DNA of 64,000 nucleotides from Fimicolochytrium jonesii (taxonomy: Eukaryota): NCBI RefSeq assembly GCF_025526975.1, contig NW_026515668.1, positions 1,550,001-1,614,000 of the forward strand, written 5' to 3'. The notes below the pieces were generated by a model. The model ran no database searches. It was given only the letters and a program-made list of their open reading frames with translations, and had not been told where the DNA came from. Each line of letters opens with the position of its first letter. Position 1 is the first letter of the stretch. Below, piece by piece: positions 26,231-39,300 of this stretch. The translations under genes were made by a program, and so were the position numbers.

Positions 26231-27073
26231 GATTTCCAGAAAGTTCGGGGCCGGATGAGGCACCTACGGGATGAATCTGGCGCCTGGATCAGTGTCGTAG
26301 ATTCTGGCTTTTCGTTCAGCGTTGCTTGCTTCCACCAAGATGCGGGAAGTGTGGTCTCTCTGCAACGGGACCACCTGTCAGTACCAAAATCGACAGCCCG
26401 CTGACGTGATGGAAAATCTCCGATCGTCACGTGATTGCCTCCAACAAACAACGACGACAGTGACAAAAACAGAGTTGCTTGCCTGCCGATGCACCACATA
26501 TCTAGCTCTAACAAGGTGTAGAGCAGGCAGAGCCTGCCGGACTGAAGGCGGACCCGCGATTAGACCCTATCCGACCTTCTTGCCCTTTGCGTGGGCATGG
26601 ATTCGGAGTCTGGAGTCTGGACTCGGACGTGATGTCACTTGCGGCCGCCTTGGTCACTGTCTCCAAATTCTGGAATTCGGACACGTTCGTTTGTTCGAAT
26701 CGTGGGTTGACCGGCGGCGAGAGCCGCGGGACGGACATCAATCACTTCGTTTTGGGGAAGCTTTGGGGAAAGTTGTGTCGCTATGCGTGCCTGCGCATCC
26801 ATGGGGTGCGGCCGGTGTGGTTATGTTGCGCTAAAGACTCCAAAAGAACACCAACGGCGCGTCCGTTCACGGTTCAATGCTATATGGAAGTTCGACGTGC
26901 ATACTGCCGCCTGCGTTGGCCCATTGAGCGGGTTAGAACCCGGATGGACGGTTTTCTCACTATAAAAGGGGCAGATCATCGGGCCTTACCCAGCTATCAT
27001 CCAGTCCAAAATACCAAAACATTGACGCAAGCAACTTAACGACCTTTGAAACCCTCCTATCACACAATCTCAA

Positions 27074-27948
27074 ATGGTCTCCCCCAAATTCAAACTCACG
27101 TACTTTAATGTCCGGGTAAGTACATATACAGTGTGGGAGATGAATATAGCCGGACCACATTGAGCACCATTCTCATCGTAAACTTCATTTACGCACACAG
27201 GGCAGGGGAGAAGTCATCCGTCTCGCCCTCACAGTCGCCGGGTTCGAATTCGAGGATGACCGCCTAACGGAGGAAGCTTTCGCTGCTCGCAAGTACGACA
27301 TGCCTTTCAACCAGCTTCCTGTTTTGGAGATCACGGAGAACGATGGTCAGGTCAAGCGGCTGGCACAACAGCATGCCATCCTGAGGTATATTGGCCGGAT
27401 TGGGGGATTGTACCCTGAGGATCCTTTTGTGGCCGCCAAGGTTGATGAAGTGTTAGGTGCTTGCGAGGGTAAGATGTGCCCGACACTTTTGCGACATACT
27501 GAAAGGCCCAGTATGACTTACCCATGTTTTTATCTCTACGCCAGACGTAAGCCTCATAATGAAGCCGAACATGTCGGAGCCAGACGCCGAAAAGCGGGTT
27601 AACATGCGTGAGGAAATGATCAAACCAGAAGGCGAATTGACCGTTTTCCTACGCAAGTTTGACGCCGTCGTAGCTGCCAGCGGGACTGAAGCCTACACGG
27701 TCGGCGACAAGCTCACGATCGCTGACTTGATGCTGTACGTGCAAGCTTCCTGGTTGTCCGTCGGCGTGCTCCGCGGCATCCCAAAGACGTATTACGAGCA
27801 GTTCACGTACCTGAACAAGGTGAAGGAGAATGTGGACAAGCTTCCCGATGTTGCCAAGTGGAACAAACATGCGGCTGAACTGGGTGCGAAATTGCACGCC
27901 GCTGCTCTTGCTGCTAAGGCCGCTGCCCAGGCGACTGCTACGGCGTAG
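27074..27948 (+). CDS. Glutathione S-transferase (sigma-like), 3 exons
   Basis: KLTYFNVR|GRGEVIRLAL across intron 27116-27200, then PFNQLPVLEI, QQHAILRYIG and GDKLTIADL. TATAAAA at 26961-26967. Confidence 0.9.
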
Positions 27949-28457
27949 ATCCTTTAGATGCACTTTTTCCAAGATGTTTTCTGATGCGGACTTGTTGGCT
28001 AGCGATAGCGCTGCTAGTGATAGCGCTTCGATGTTTCATTTTCACACTTCTGATGCTGTCCCCGTTTGATACTCATACCCGACCATTCGTTTGCGGTATT
28101 CTTTGGATCCTTTACATCGTGCTGTCTGTAGCTTTTGGGAAAATCCTATACTACGCAAAGCAATGAAGTGAGTGGAGATTTGAGACTCTCATGAGAATCT
28201 GTGTCGGGAGAGGGCTACGAAGTCCAGTCCCAAAACGGACTGACAAGGATATAGTGTCAAAACAGTCATTGGGTCCCTTCTTCGCCTTCCCAAAATCATC
28301 TCATAAGCGCTCAGGCTCAGGCACCATGCCATGCCGCCCGTGGCCCCCTTGGTTGAGCAGAAAAAGGGATCAGTTGCAAGCCCCCCTCCCAGCGGGTCCC
28401 AGTGAAATCATGAACGAGGCGCCGGATTCGGAATGCACAGCGCTGCAATAATTCTGT

Positions 28458-30668
28458 CTACAGGGATAAACCTAGACTACCCAGTCTAACGCCGTCCATC
28501 TTCATACACTCCACCACAACCTTCTTCTCATTCTCCACCCACTTCCCCCTCGGCTCCATCAACCTCATCAATATCCGATACATCTCCGCATTCCCGACAA
28601 TCTCCTCCATCCGCATCTGATCAAAAAAGTACAACGCCGCAACCACATCATCCGTCCGCTCACAACACTCCAATAACCCCTGGTACGTCTCCCTGTCCGG
28701 CGTGATCCCCTGCTCCCGCCGTAACGTAAAGATCAGGTCCCGGATGGCGTACACGGCGGCCCCGCCGGATGGGTCGGCGGCGCAGGCGTGGAGCATTTGG
28801 TTGTAGAGGGCGAGCGAGCGTGGGAGGTGGGTGAGGCGCATGTCGGTGAAGCGTTGGGCGGCTTGCTCGTGTTGCTGGAGGCGGAGGAGGGCGATGATCA
28901 TAGCGGAGGCGGAGACGGCGTCGTGGCGGAGGCCGGATTGGAGCATTTCGGTTTCGTGTTTGTAGATGTTTTGGACGTGGGTTGCTATGTCGTCGTTTGG
29001 GTCTGAGGTTTCGGCTGACGGGTTTGCGGTGTCGGGCTCGAAGGCTGTGAACAGACATGCGTACGACGTCGCATTCGGCTGGTTTCCGCTACCACGAATC
29101 GTTTCAATGATTTGCAACACCCTCGCCACACGCTCCGACCTCGGCACACCAGGCGCCGTCGCACATCCATACGCTAGCGTGTTGTAAACATCGACGGTGG
29201 GGTATAACCCATCCTTCTTCATATCCTCAAACAGGGCAGACACCTTGTCGGTGGTGGACAGGCCGTCTCGAACTGCCATCACTTGCAGCTCTAAGACGAG
29301 CAGGCTCGTGTCGATGTCCTGGATGGTGCGGCGATACCGCATGTCTTCGACTATGGTTGTCCATGTTGTGTGCAGGTCGCGACGGGCACCCACCGACTGG
29401 CCTTCTGTATAGGACGCTTTCACGAGGGTGCGAATGAGGTTCAGTGTGCCCACATCTAGCGCTTTCAGGAGTGCATTTTTATCCTGCGCACTCAGCCGCG
29501 GCGAATGTTGCGTTAGTGCCCTCCCCGCTTGCTTAATTTGCAGGGCCTTGGACAGGGATCTCTGTTCCGCACAGCTCAAGAAAGCAACTTCGATGGCTTT
29601 CATAATGAGTTCCTGATTCGCGTTCCAAGTGTTCGTGTCTTCTTTCAATTCCCTTCGCAACGTCTTCAGCATCGCCTCTGCCGCATCAGATATTTGCAAT
29701 TGGGTGTCGTGACGACCCAATCTCCAAAGTCCCAGGATGACAGACGCATGATATTCTGAAGATGCACTGGTTCGATTTAACTCCAGGAGAGCCTCGAACT
29801 CCTCTACCTTCCCCAATGTTCCCAATGCCTGTAGAGAAGAGGCAGGGGTCAGTTCTCCACCTCATTGACATACCCATATAACATGCGACATTTACCAAAA
29901 GCACCAAATTGCGCCTCGCAGGCGGTATTGCCGACGCCTCACTCGCCCCATCCAGCAACGCCAGCGCACCCTCCGCATGCTCCTCCCCACCCTCCAACAA
30001 CAAAACCCTGGCCACAAATTCCGTCGGCGCACCCCGAAACGTCGCCCAAACAACCTCAGGAATATCCCTCTCCAACTCCACCAGTAACTGCACCAACCGC
30101 TCCATCCGATTCGGCCCATTCGCCGCTGCTTTCAGGAGATACATGTACATCTCAATCGGTAATTCGACGCCTGCTTCATGTGAGAGCGCGACCACGCGTC
30201 GGGCGGTGTCGAGGTCGCCGATTTGCGAGCAGGCTTCGAGGACTATGCGGTAGGCTTCCGGGGAGGCATTGCCGTTTTTGTGCAGTTTGAGAAAGTCGTG
30301 GACGATTCGTTGGTAGTTGCCGGTTTGGAGGGCGTCGACCATGCGTTTGACCCTGCCGCGCTCGGTGGCCGTAGCGGCTTGACCTGAATGAGGTATGAGC
30401 GCATGCACAATATTCATGTTCCAAAGTTCGAATTGCGTAGCTTACCTGCAAGCACATTAGCCGGTGCAGCCTTGGTGCTGTACGACCTTGTCGAGGGGAT
30501 CGTCGGTTGTTCCCTCCCTAACCGGTATCGCTCCTGGGCGAGCAGTCGCTTCTGGTTTTGACATATTGACCTCCCGTTCCTTTTTGTAGTACAAGAGGCC
30601 TCGAGACTATTCGCCGCTCGGCCAGCTGCTGCTGCCAGAAAAGAGAGAGGGGACCTTGCGCTTGCCAT
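28458..30668 (-). CDS. Pentatricopeptide-repeat (PPR)-like protein, probably mitochondrial, multi-exon
   Basis: Basic, Ser/Ala-rich presequence-like N-terminus. PPR-like units include LFEDMKKDGLYPTVDVYNTLAYGC, PNATSYACLF and GITPDRETYQGLLECC. Confidence 0.75.
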
Positions 30669-31431
30669 CGGCAGACTTGATGTGTTGAGCGACGACGGTT
30701 TGCCCTTTGAGCAGCCAGCGAGGTTGCAGGGATGTTGAAATGCTCCGCTATCACGTGATCGTGTTTATTTCGGATTGTCTTCCATCGCGATGCGTATGTA
30801 AGCAAGCGTAAGCGCACGCGCTGACGGCCGACGCGTAGTTCTGAGAAAACGTCGTCGTCTCCACAGCGAGCCAGCGAACCTACCTTTGCTCGCAGGCCCA
30901 ACTCGGGCCAAACCAATGTGGCGAGGGTACGCAACTGAAGAGTCAGATTCCCTCATCCCTCGCCGGCGTATTTCACTTCCGGCCCAATGACCGTCTCGCT
31001 TTTCTTCCCCATTGGGTTCTTCCCGATGTCCTCAACTTTCGCGCAAGCTTTCCTCCCAAAATCTGCTGGCGCTGTGACGAGGCGCCGCGACGCGACCGAT
31101 GTCCGAAACTACATCCTTCAGAATTTAGTTCCTCCCCTCCGCCTGTCTCTCACTTTTTATTCTTTCCTTCCTCTAAGAAGAGGACGGCTGAATAAATGCG
31201 GAGACTCACTGGAGGCATGGAATGGAGGTCAATTGTGGTGGAGGTGCTCCTACAGTGCTGACATGAGAGTTTCGGCGCACGTAAGCAGCCAGCTATGTGT
31301 CACGCGTGAAAGGCAATGCCCTGCAGCAACCCCAAGCAACGCTTTCCCTCTACATCTCATACTAACCATGCCCGTCCGGTAAAGACATAGTTCAACCCGG
31401 GACCAACCAGGTGCTTAGCGAGCGCGAATAA

Positions 31432-31584
31432 CCAACCCTGGTCTACGAAGACAATCAAGCCGCTATCAAGCTGGCTAACAACCCAGTCGATCATCAGCGC
31501 ACGAAGCACATCGACATCCGACACCATTTCCTTTGTGAACTGGTCGCCGACAAGAAGCTGGATATTTAGTACCTACCGACGAAA
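31432..31584 (+). mobile_element. Degenerate Ty1/copia retrotransposon RNase H fragment
   Basis: Translates to [50 protein letters not shown], the copia DNQ.AI....[13 protein letters not shown] signature, with an in-frame stop and no flanking pol domains or LTRs. Confidence 0.85.
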
Positions 31585-31994
31585 AGGCCTCGTGAAGTCA
31601 CCAAGGTGTTTTGGCCCGACGTAGGCCAAAGAGTAAAATTAAGGGTTGCAAACGCTTCTCTCGGAGCTTGAACACTTGATCGCCCCCTTGCCATGAGGGG
31701 CAGTCAACCCTTGGAGGTTCAACGAACCAACATCGATGGATGGACTGTGATGACCAGTAGCTGAAGCCCAAAACATTACCCTCAAAGGAGAAGTTAAGAA
31801 TGGGAACGAAAACGAAGATACAAGGGGCTTTTTCGGGGCGGCTATGGAAACTGGAGCGCACATGCACTTGGGGTACCGACCTCAACTCTCTGTGTACGGG
31901 GTGAAGGCAAATCCGCAACCCCGCAACCAACGGACGCGAATCTGCTTGGTCATTTTTGCGGTCCAATGTCGGAGCAACTACATATATACCTCAT

Positions 31995-32022
31995 GCTCGG
32001 ATAGTTCAGCGGTCATAACGCT
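31995..32022 (+). pseudogene. 5'-half fragment copy of the adjacent tRNA-Val
   Basis: GCTCGGATAGTTCAGCGGTCATAACGCT versus GCTCGGATAGTTTAGTGGTCATAACGCT at 32139 (26/28 identical); similarity is lost after that. Confidence 0.75.
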
Positions 32023-32055
32023 CAACATTACCATGAAATCGAGAGGAAAAAAACT

Positions 32056-32092
32056 CGCTCCTGGGCAGGCTTGAACTGCCAACCTTTGAGTT
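32056..32092 (-). pseudogene. 3'-half tRNA fragment (Asn-like) followed by an oligo-T tract
   Basis: The minus strand reads AACTCAAAGGTT-GGCAG-TTCAAGC-CTGCC-CAGGAGCG: an intact T-arm and 3' acceptor strand, followed by T7. No matching 5' half is visible. Confidence 0.6.
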
Positions 32093-32138
32093 GATGTCCG
32101 ATGTTACGTAGCGTTCCTAGTTAGTACCTTATCCACAG

Positions 32139-32211
32139 GCTCGGATAGTTTAGTGGTCATAACGCTGCCTTCACACGGCAGAGGTCCCCAGTTCGATCCT
32201 GGGTCCGAGTA
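32139..32211 (+). tRNA. tRNA-Val(CAC), intronless
   Basis: Cloverleaf: acceptor GCTCGGA/TCCGAGT, D-loop AGTGG, anticodon arm CTGCC-TTCACAC-GGCAG, T-arm CCCAG-TTCGATC-CTGGG. Confidence 0.93.
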
Positions 32212-32582
32212 CTACTGCCGATGGAGCCAGACGAGCAGCACGGTGTGGGCTAGCTTTTTGGCTGTCTGTTGTGGACACTCCGTGAACACCGTTCCATTCG
32301 CTTGTTTTTCTCTCGCTGCTGTGTTTCCTGCGTCGGTCATACTGTATTACTCGGTCATTCTACGTTAAAGTTGGCCAGCTGTGCGCACTCTGCGCTTGGT
32401 TTTCGGCTGTCTCGGCTGTCCTTTCCGGGTAGGGCGCACCGTTCAACATGAAGCACCGTCTAGATGAAGTAATTTTTGCACATGCACATATACATTTGTA
32501 CGTTCAGACGTCTATATAAAATGCCTTCTCTCTCCGTAACTCGGGACGGAACTCCAACCCCCTTATGGCGGAATGTTTCCCA

Positions 32583-33739
32583 TCACTTGTCTTTCCTTCG
32601 GTCATCAGATCCACCACCTGCCTTGCGCTCCAGCTCCACATAGCGGTCGGTCAATCGCATGTACTCGTCGTGCGTCTGTTTAGCTTGCTGCGGAGAGGAG
32701 TTTTCATATCGAGGATCAGGAGGGAGTCAAGACGTAGATAGCTACACATACCTTCTTGATGATGTCGACTTCTCGCGCTTTGCCGAGTAATTCCTCAACC
32801 TCCTTTTTGAGGGTGGTGATTTCTTTTGTGCGATCTTGGTCCTTGTCGAGAAGCCGCTGGAAAAATGACGAGAGTTGAGTCGGATCCATAGCGCAAGTCC
32901 AAGTCTTTCCCCCGAGTAACCGCCAGCCCCGCAGCGCCAAGTCCCTACCATGTACTCAGTCGACTGCGATGCCGCCTGCTGCTTCAGCTTGTCCGTCTTG
33001 CTCTCATTGACCATCAGCTCAGTGACCATGGCCAAGAACCGGTTGAGAACCATGGAAAGAAACAGGACCGCTCCGGTTAGGTATAGGTTCCTTTGATCGT
33101 AGAATAGCCTCGCGCGTGTATACGCGTCCGTGCTGCCCATGTTGACGCCGACGTGGTGTACTTGCTCGGCGGATTCCGCTTGTCGTTTGAATGCACGGTT
33201 TAGGCTATCTATTTGCGAAAGGAGTTGACATTAGTATGTCGAGTGGAGTAGCGGATATGGTGAATGCTATTTTCGCCACTGACCGATGAACATGATGAAT
33301 ACGTAGACAAAGACGATTTTCAGATACTGCTTGAGTTTTGTGACAAGTGGACTTTTCGACATCCAAAGCTAAGTGTGCGGAGAACGGTTGAGACAGTGGC
33401 GAAGAAGCAAAACGCGGCGTACGAGGCGACCGCTGGCCTCACTCACCAGCATTGGTCGGCGCACCGACAACGGCAATGGCGCTGTATGAAGAAGATAGGA
33501 ACGCTATTCAGCAAGGAACATAGGCGCTTGAGACGGACGCTTTCGTCTCGACGGAGATCACACACCTATAAGTAGGGTGAAGAATGCCATCTGCAGGATA
33601 ACGACAGTGAGTAACAGGTTTCGCTTGCTCAAGAAATAGACCACCTTCCAAGCCTCTCCCTCGGAGGCTCTGGTGAGTGAAACAAAATGCATACCTCGGC
33701 AACCAGGACAAAGAACACAATTTGGTAGAAAAGCGACAT
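32583..33739 (-). CDS. BAP31/Yet3-family ER membrane protein, multi-exon
   Basis: MSLFYQIVFFVLVAE start, ARLFYDQRNLYLTGAVLFLS signature, C-terminal coiled coil (QAKQTHDEYMRL) ending in a basic RKDK tail. Confidence 0.85.
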
Positions 33740-34167
33740 CGTGGCTGTTTCTGTCGCTTTGGTCGGCGAATCCTTGGGAAGTTGAGACTGGAAATAATAA
33801 GGAGACCGGAAGGAGGGCGAGCGAGGTAGCGTGCGACTGTATTTATGTGTGTGTCAAAGTCTGTCCTGTGTGTCGTGGGCGGAGCCGCTGCTGAAGCAAG
33901 GCTTTCGACTTCCACGTCCACGAAGGACTGCGAAGGACGAACTTCCGTCTCCTCATTGCTTGGCACACGCGACGTGGCGTGGACCGTGGTTCCAGCCGTG
34001 GTTCTTCGGCATTGCTCAGGACGCTCAGGGACGGACGAAGCTTTCCCAGCCCGACAAACCGTCCCAACTGGCGGCAGTCCTTGAGCAAGAAACGTACTAG
34101 CGGCCGACACAACGACATCCATTCTGCAGTCGGGGAGCGTCTGCTATCATTCACTCACTCAAGCAAG

Positions 34168-35975
34168 ATGAGTCTTCTCACGGACAAGCAGCAGGAGGAA
34201 CTGTAAGACCCTGGGACACTCGCAAGTGTATGCGACTTTCGAAAGCTGATTACTTTATGTCTTCGAATATCGACAGGCGGCTAGCTCTTTTGGACTACCT
34301 ACATACGAATGGGCTGGAAAAAACCTTCACCGCGTTGCAAAGCGAGGCGGGCCTCGCCCAGTACAGCGCCGACGGGAAGCAGAAGTACTCGGGCCTTCTG
34401 GAAAAGAAATGGACGTCTATAATTCGGCTGCAGCGGAAGGTACAGGCTTGGTAGCTGCTGTCGAGCGTGTATGCTACGTTTTGACTGCCGGGAGTGTTTG
34501 ATGGGAACAACTTGGAGATCTGAGACTGACGACGTTGTACGCGATGTAGATCATGGAGCAGGAGACCAAGATTGGGCAACTGGAGGAAGAGTTGTCGAAA
34601 GCTCCCACGAGACGGACAACCGATACAGCCGACTGGATACCACGGCCGCCACACAAGCACAACCTAGCAGGCCACAGAAGCCCCATCACACGCGTTGCTT
34701 TCCATCCGGTGTTTTCAATCCTCGCCTCCGCTTCCGAAGATGCGACTATCAAGATATGGGATTATGAGTCAGGGACGTTTGAGAGGACGCTCAAAGGGCA
34801 TACAAAGTCTGTGCAGGATATCGCGTGGGATGCGAAAGGTGGCCTACTGGGTACGTTTCGTCACATATTCCCAGATACCTCCGAACGGTGGGTAGAGTCG
34901 GAAGTTCAACCTGACAATGTCATCCCTAGTATCATGTGCGGCAGATCTATCGGTAAAGCTATGGGATGCGCAAGCGGACTACCAATGCATCAAAACACTA
35001 CACGGACACGACCACAGCGTCTCCTCGGTCGCGTTCTCGCCTTCGGGAGACTTTATAATATCAGCATCTCGGGACCGTACAATCAAAGTCTGGGCGGTTG
35101 ATACAGGGTAAGCATTCCATCGCAACGGTGCGTTTTCCAGTGCGAGCGCATTTATACAGGCATGAGTCTTGAATGGGTGCTGTGATGAAGATCGTACTAA
35201 AAAGCGACGCGTTGCTGGTTCAGATACTGCGTGAAAACATTCACGGGTCACTTGGACTGGGTCCGCCGCGCAATAGTAAGCGCGGACGGGCGGTTAATAG
35301 CAAGTTGTGCGAACGATCAGGTAAATGTGTCAACCGCTTGCAATTTGCACGCCGTCGACGCCCCGTCCTGACAACTTATCGGCTTCGATTAGACGATCAT
35401 AATATGGGATTTCGCAACGGGGGAGGCCAAAACGGAGCTGAGAGGGCATGAGCATGTGGTGGAATCGATAGCGTTTGCGCCTGTGGCTGCGTATCCGTAT
35501 ATCAAGGCCTTGGCCGGGAATCAGGTGTGTATAAGCAAAATCAAGCCTTTCTGCACACAGCAAACCCGCATGGCGAATTACTCTAGGCCTACTCATAGTC
35601 ATGCTATATACTCGTTTATAGCAAAACGGCCTAAGCGACCCACCACCCCCCGGAACCCACCTCCTCTCCTGCTCCCGCGACAAAACCATCCGGCTCTGGG
35701 ACACAACCACCGGCCAACAACTGCACACATTCACGGGTCACGACAACTGGGTTCGCGACGTGCTCGCACACCCCAACGGCCGGTACATATTTTCCGTGTC
35801 GGATGATAAATCCCTACGGTGCTGGGATCTGCAGCAGTCGGGGAGGTGTGCGCGGAGTTTGACGGATGCGCATGCGCATTTTATTACTTGTATGGCGGTG
35901 CCTCCGGGTGGGAATGTGCCGGTGTTGGCGACGGGTGGGGTGGATTGTGGCGTACGGATTTGGCCGTGCTCTTGA
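34168..35975 (+). CDS. nudF: LIS1/NudF/Pac1 dynein regulator (LisH, coiled coil, WD40), multi-exon
   Basis: [65 protein letters not shown]. Confidence 0.93.
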
Positions 35976-36325
35976 TGAGTGCCGCACGGCGGTTTCATCT
36001 CTCCGACGACCGCTTGTAGCTATCTGTAGGTAGCTGTGAACTTCCCATGTTTATCTACGTAGAAATGTACTGTATGTTACCGATAAGCAGACTCATCGAT
36101 GAGGGAAGCAAAAATCACCCGGATCGAGGGCGACTCATACAATATGGCATTCCAAAATGCCTGATAAATAGACGATTACGACCTTCACATTACATGCTCA
36201 CAATGTCCCGTAAAGTACAGATTGTCCATTCCTTAACCTGGCGTTAACAGACACCCTCAGCTAAGTCTCACTACGTTGCACCACCCTATTACATTGTCCC
36301 GAACGTCGACAAAGTGTCCCATCTC

Positions 36326-39300
36326 TTACACAACAAAGCTCATCCCACCCTTCGAATAAGCCACACTCTCCTCATTCTCCTTATCCCCCTCCACGCCCGC
36401 CTTCTCCCCCCCACCCGCCGCGACCAAGTCCGAGTCCTCCAACAAATCCCTTGACATGGACATTGTGATCTCGCGCGACACCGACGCGGTGGACATGTGG
36501 TGCATCGACTGGCGGGAGGTGAGTGCCGCCCGGCCGACGCGGCCGATGCGGGTGCGGCCGTTGGGGCCGAGACCGGGCGCGGCGGAACTGAAGGAGGCGA
36601 GGCCGCGGTGTGATTCCATCTCGCGTTCGAGGTTCATGACTTTGCGTTTGAGGTCGTCGCAGCGGCGGGAGAGTGAGATGTTTTCCTGCACGTTCCGCGG
36701 AGAAGAGCGATATCAGCTTGATTTCAAACCATGTTTTATGGCGAGGGAAGAAACACCACTCACCGTCTTTAACTTAACATTCTCCTCCTTCAGCTGCGCG
36801 ACATGCTTAATCTTCTGCTTGGCATTCGCATGTCCAAATAGCTCCGCGTTAAGCTCGCCTAGCCGCTTCACCTCGCTTTCCTTGATCTCCCCGCGCGTTT
36901 TGAGCAAATCTAACTGCGTCTTGTAGCTGTCTTCCATGTCGCGTAACCGGCCTGCGTTGTCCTCCATTGCGAGTGTTGTTCTATATTGAAGAAGAGAGAT
37001 TCCGTAGAACAAAGATAGGAGTCGCGGTAGAAGAGGTGAAGAGATGAAGAATGAGAATGAATTGTGATTACCCCCAACAACCAGGATCAGCCATCCCACG
37101 TATGCGTGACCCGACTACGCCGAAAACCACAGCTTTTGCCTCCATGTGTGTGCCATACAGGATGAACCACAGGTATTTGCTTCAGCGCCTCCCGCGGGTA
37201 CGTCGCCCGCCACATCTCTCCTCAAGAAGTTACAGGCTTCACGTCGCAACCAACTGTTCGCTGAACTCCCGCTCCACCCATACGATCACGAGCCACGCCA
37301 ATACCAGCACGCCCGCCGCCAGCACGACTACCTGCAAGGCCGAAATGACCACCGCGGCGCCTTTCCAACCACTATCACTCCCCTCACAAGCCCAATGTCC
37401 GTACCTGTCGAGCTCAAACCGCAGCTTATGTATCTCCTCCTCATACTCGCGCAACACACAGTCGTACTCCTGCTTCTGTGTATCCCGCTCGACAACGACC
37501 ATCTGCAGCTTCTTCTCAAACAGCGCCGAGCGGTTCGCAGAGTCGGAGTGTTTCGCGCTCTCTTCTCTCGCGAGTTCGGCTTCGCGGCGCGCTTTGGCGA
37601 TCGCGGATTTGGCTTCGGAGCGGATGGTGCTGATTTCGTGGAGTTTGGCTTTGAGCTCGGCTTGTAGGCCGCGGAGCTGGGCTTCTTTGGATGCGAGGTC
37701 GGTGGCAGTCTTCATCTCTACGATCGATAGCGCGTTCTGCTTGTCGATGATGGCCGCCCGCAATGCCGCAACTTCGTCCTGGTGCAGTTTCTCCAGCGCA
37801 TCGCGGGACGCAACTTCGCCTTCCAGCTTCAAGCTCAGTTCATCCGTCAATCGCGTAGCCATCGCAACCTGCTCAACTCGCTGCTCCTCCTCTGCTGTAA
37901 GTTTCGTCCGCATCAGGTCCAAGTCCCGACGCAGCTGCGTTACCTCCTGGTCATGAGCCTGCAGCCTCCGCACCGCACTCTGAAGCTCGTTCTCCTTTTG
38001 CTCCAGCAGTTCCGTCAACGAGTTTGCCTTTTCTTCAAGCAACCTCTTTTTCGACATCACCGCCGTAATATCCTGCGACAGCTTCCCACCTTCCTCCTCG
38101 TACCGCCTGAGCTGCCTCTCCTGCTTCTCCGTCACCTGCGCCAATTCCTCCTTGTATTGCGCCGCGTTGGCTTCGATCGTCGCGCTCAAGGTGGCGATGG
38201 TCGCGCGGGCGTCGTCGAGCTGGTGATGCAGTCCCGCAGAGATGGACTCGTGGTCTGCCTGGTTCTGAGCCAAAGCTTCACGTAGCTCCGCACGCTGTTT
38301 GTTATATGTCGATGTCAGCTCTTTCGCCTGCTCCTGAAGCTCCTCGATCTGCTTCGACGATTTCGTAACGAGGGCGTCGTACCGCTCGCGAGCGCCAGAG
38401 AGCTCTTCATGCAGGGCCTGCATCGCGCGCTCGTGTTGGGATCGTACGTTCTGTTCACGGTGCTCGACATCCAGCTTGTAATCCTCGAATTGTGCAGACA
38501 GTTTTGAGAATCGCGACTCACTTTCCTTCGTAGCTTGAACCTGTCGATCCAAGTCCGCTTTTACCGAGTCCAATTTGTCGGTCGCGGCCCGCAGTTCATC
38601 CTCCAGTTCCTTCCGCCGCTGCCCACTCTCGCCCCGGAGACGCTCATGCGCTTCCTGCGCCGCCCGCAGCTGTCCTTGCAAATCACCCATCGCACGTTCG
38701 TGTGCACTCCGCTCCTCATCCAACAAAACTTGCAACCGCGCCATTTCAGCAGACACGTGCGTATGTTTGTCCTCCGCCTCGCGCAACTGACTCTTTAACT
38801 GGTCCACCGCCTTTTCATGCGTTTTCCGATCCCCCTCCATCCTCGCCCGAAGTTCCCTGACCTCCTCAACCCTTTCCTCATGCAGCGTCCCAAGCTCCCT
38901 CACATGCGCCTTCTGCGTCTCCTCATACCGTCGACCCAAATCGCTCAACGCCGATTTGAGCTCCGCGACCTCCTTAGAGTGTGCCACGACGCTAGCGTCG
39001 AGTTTCCCGCGCAGTTCTTGCTCCACACTCGTCATGTTGGACTCGCGGTCACGGATGGTCTGCTCGTACTGAGCGCGTTGGGCGTCCCAGTCGGCACTGA
39101 GCTGCGTCGCGGTCTGCCTAGCTTTCTCCAGATCGGCTTCCAGCCTTTCAACAGCGGCCCGGGTGTCTGTCGTCAGTTTCTCGATCCGTGCAGTCAGGTC
39201 AGCATTCTTGGCCTCTTCAGCCTCCAACGCGTTCCTGACAACCGTAGTCTGATCCTCCGCATCCTGCGCCATCTGTGCAAGCAGTTCATCCTGCTGCTGC

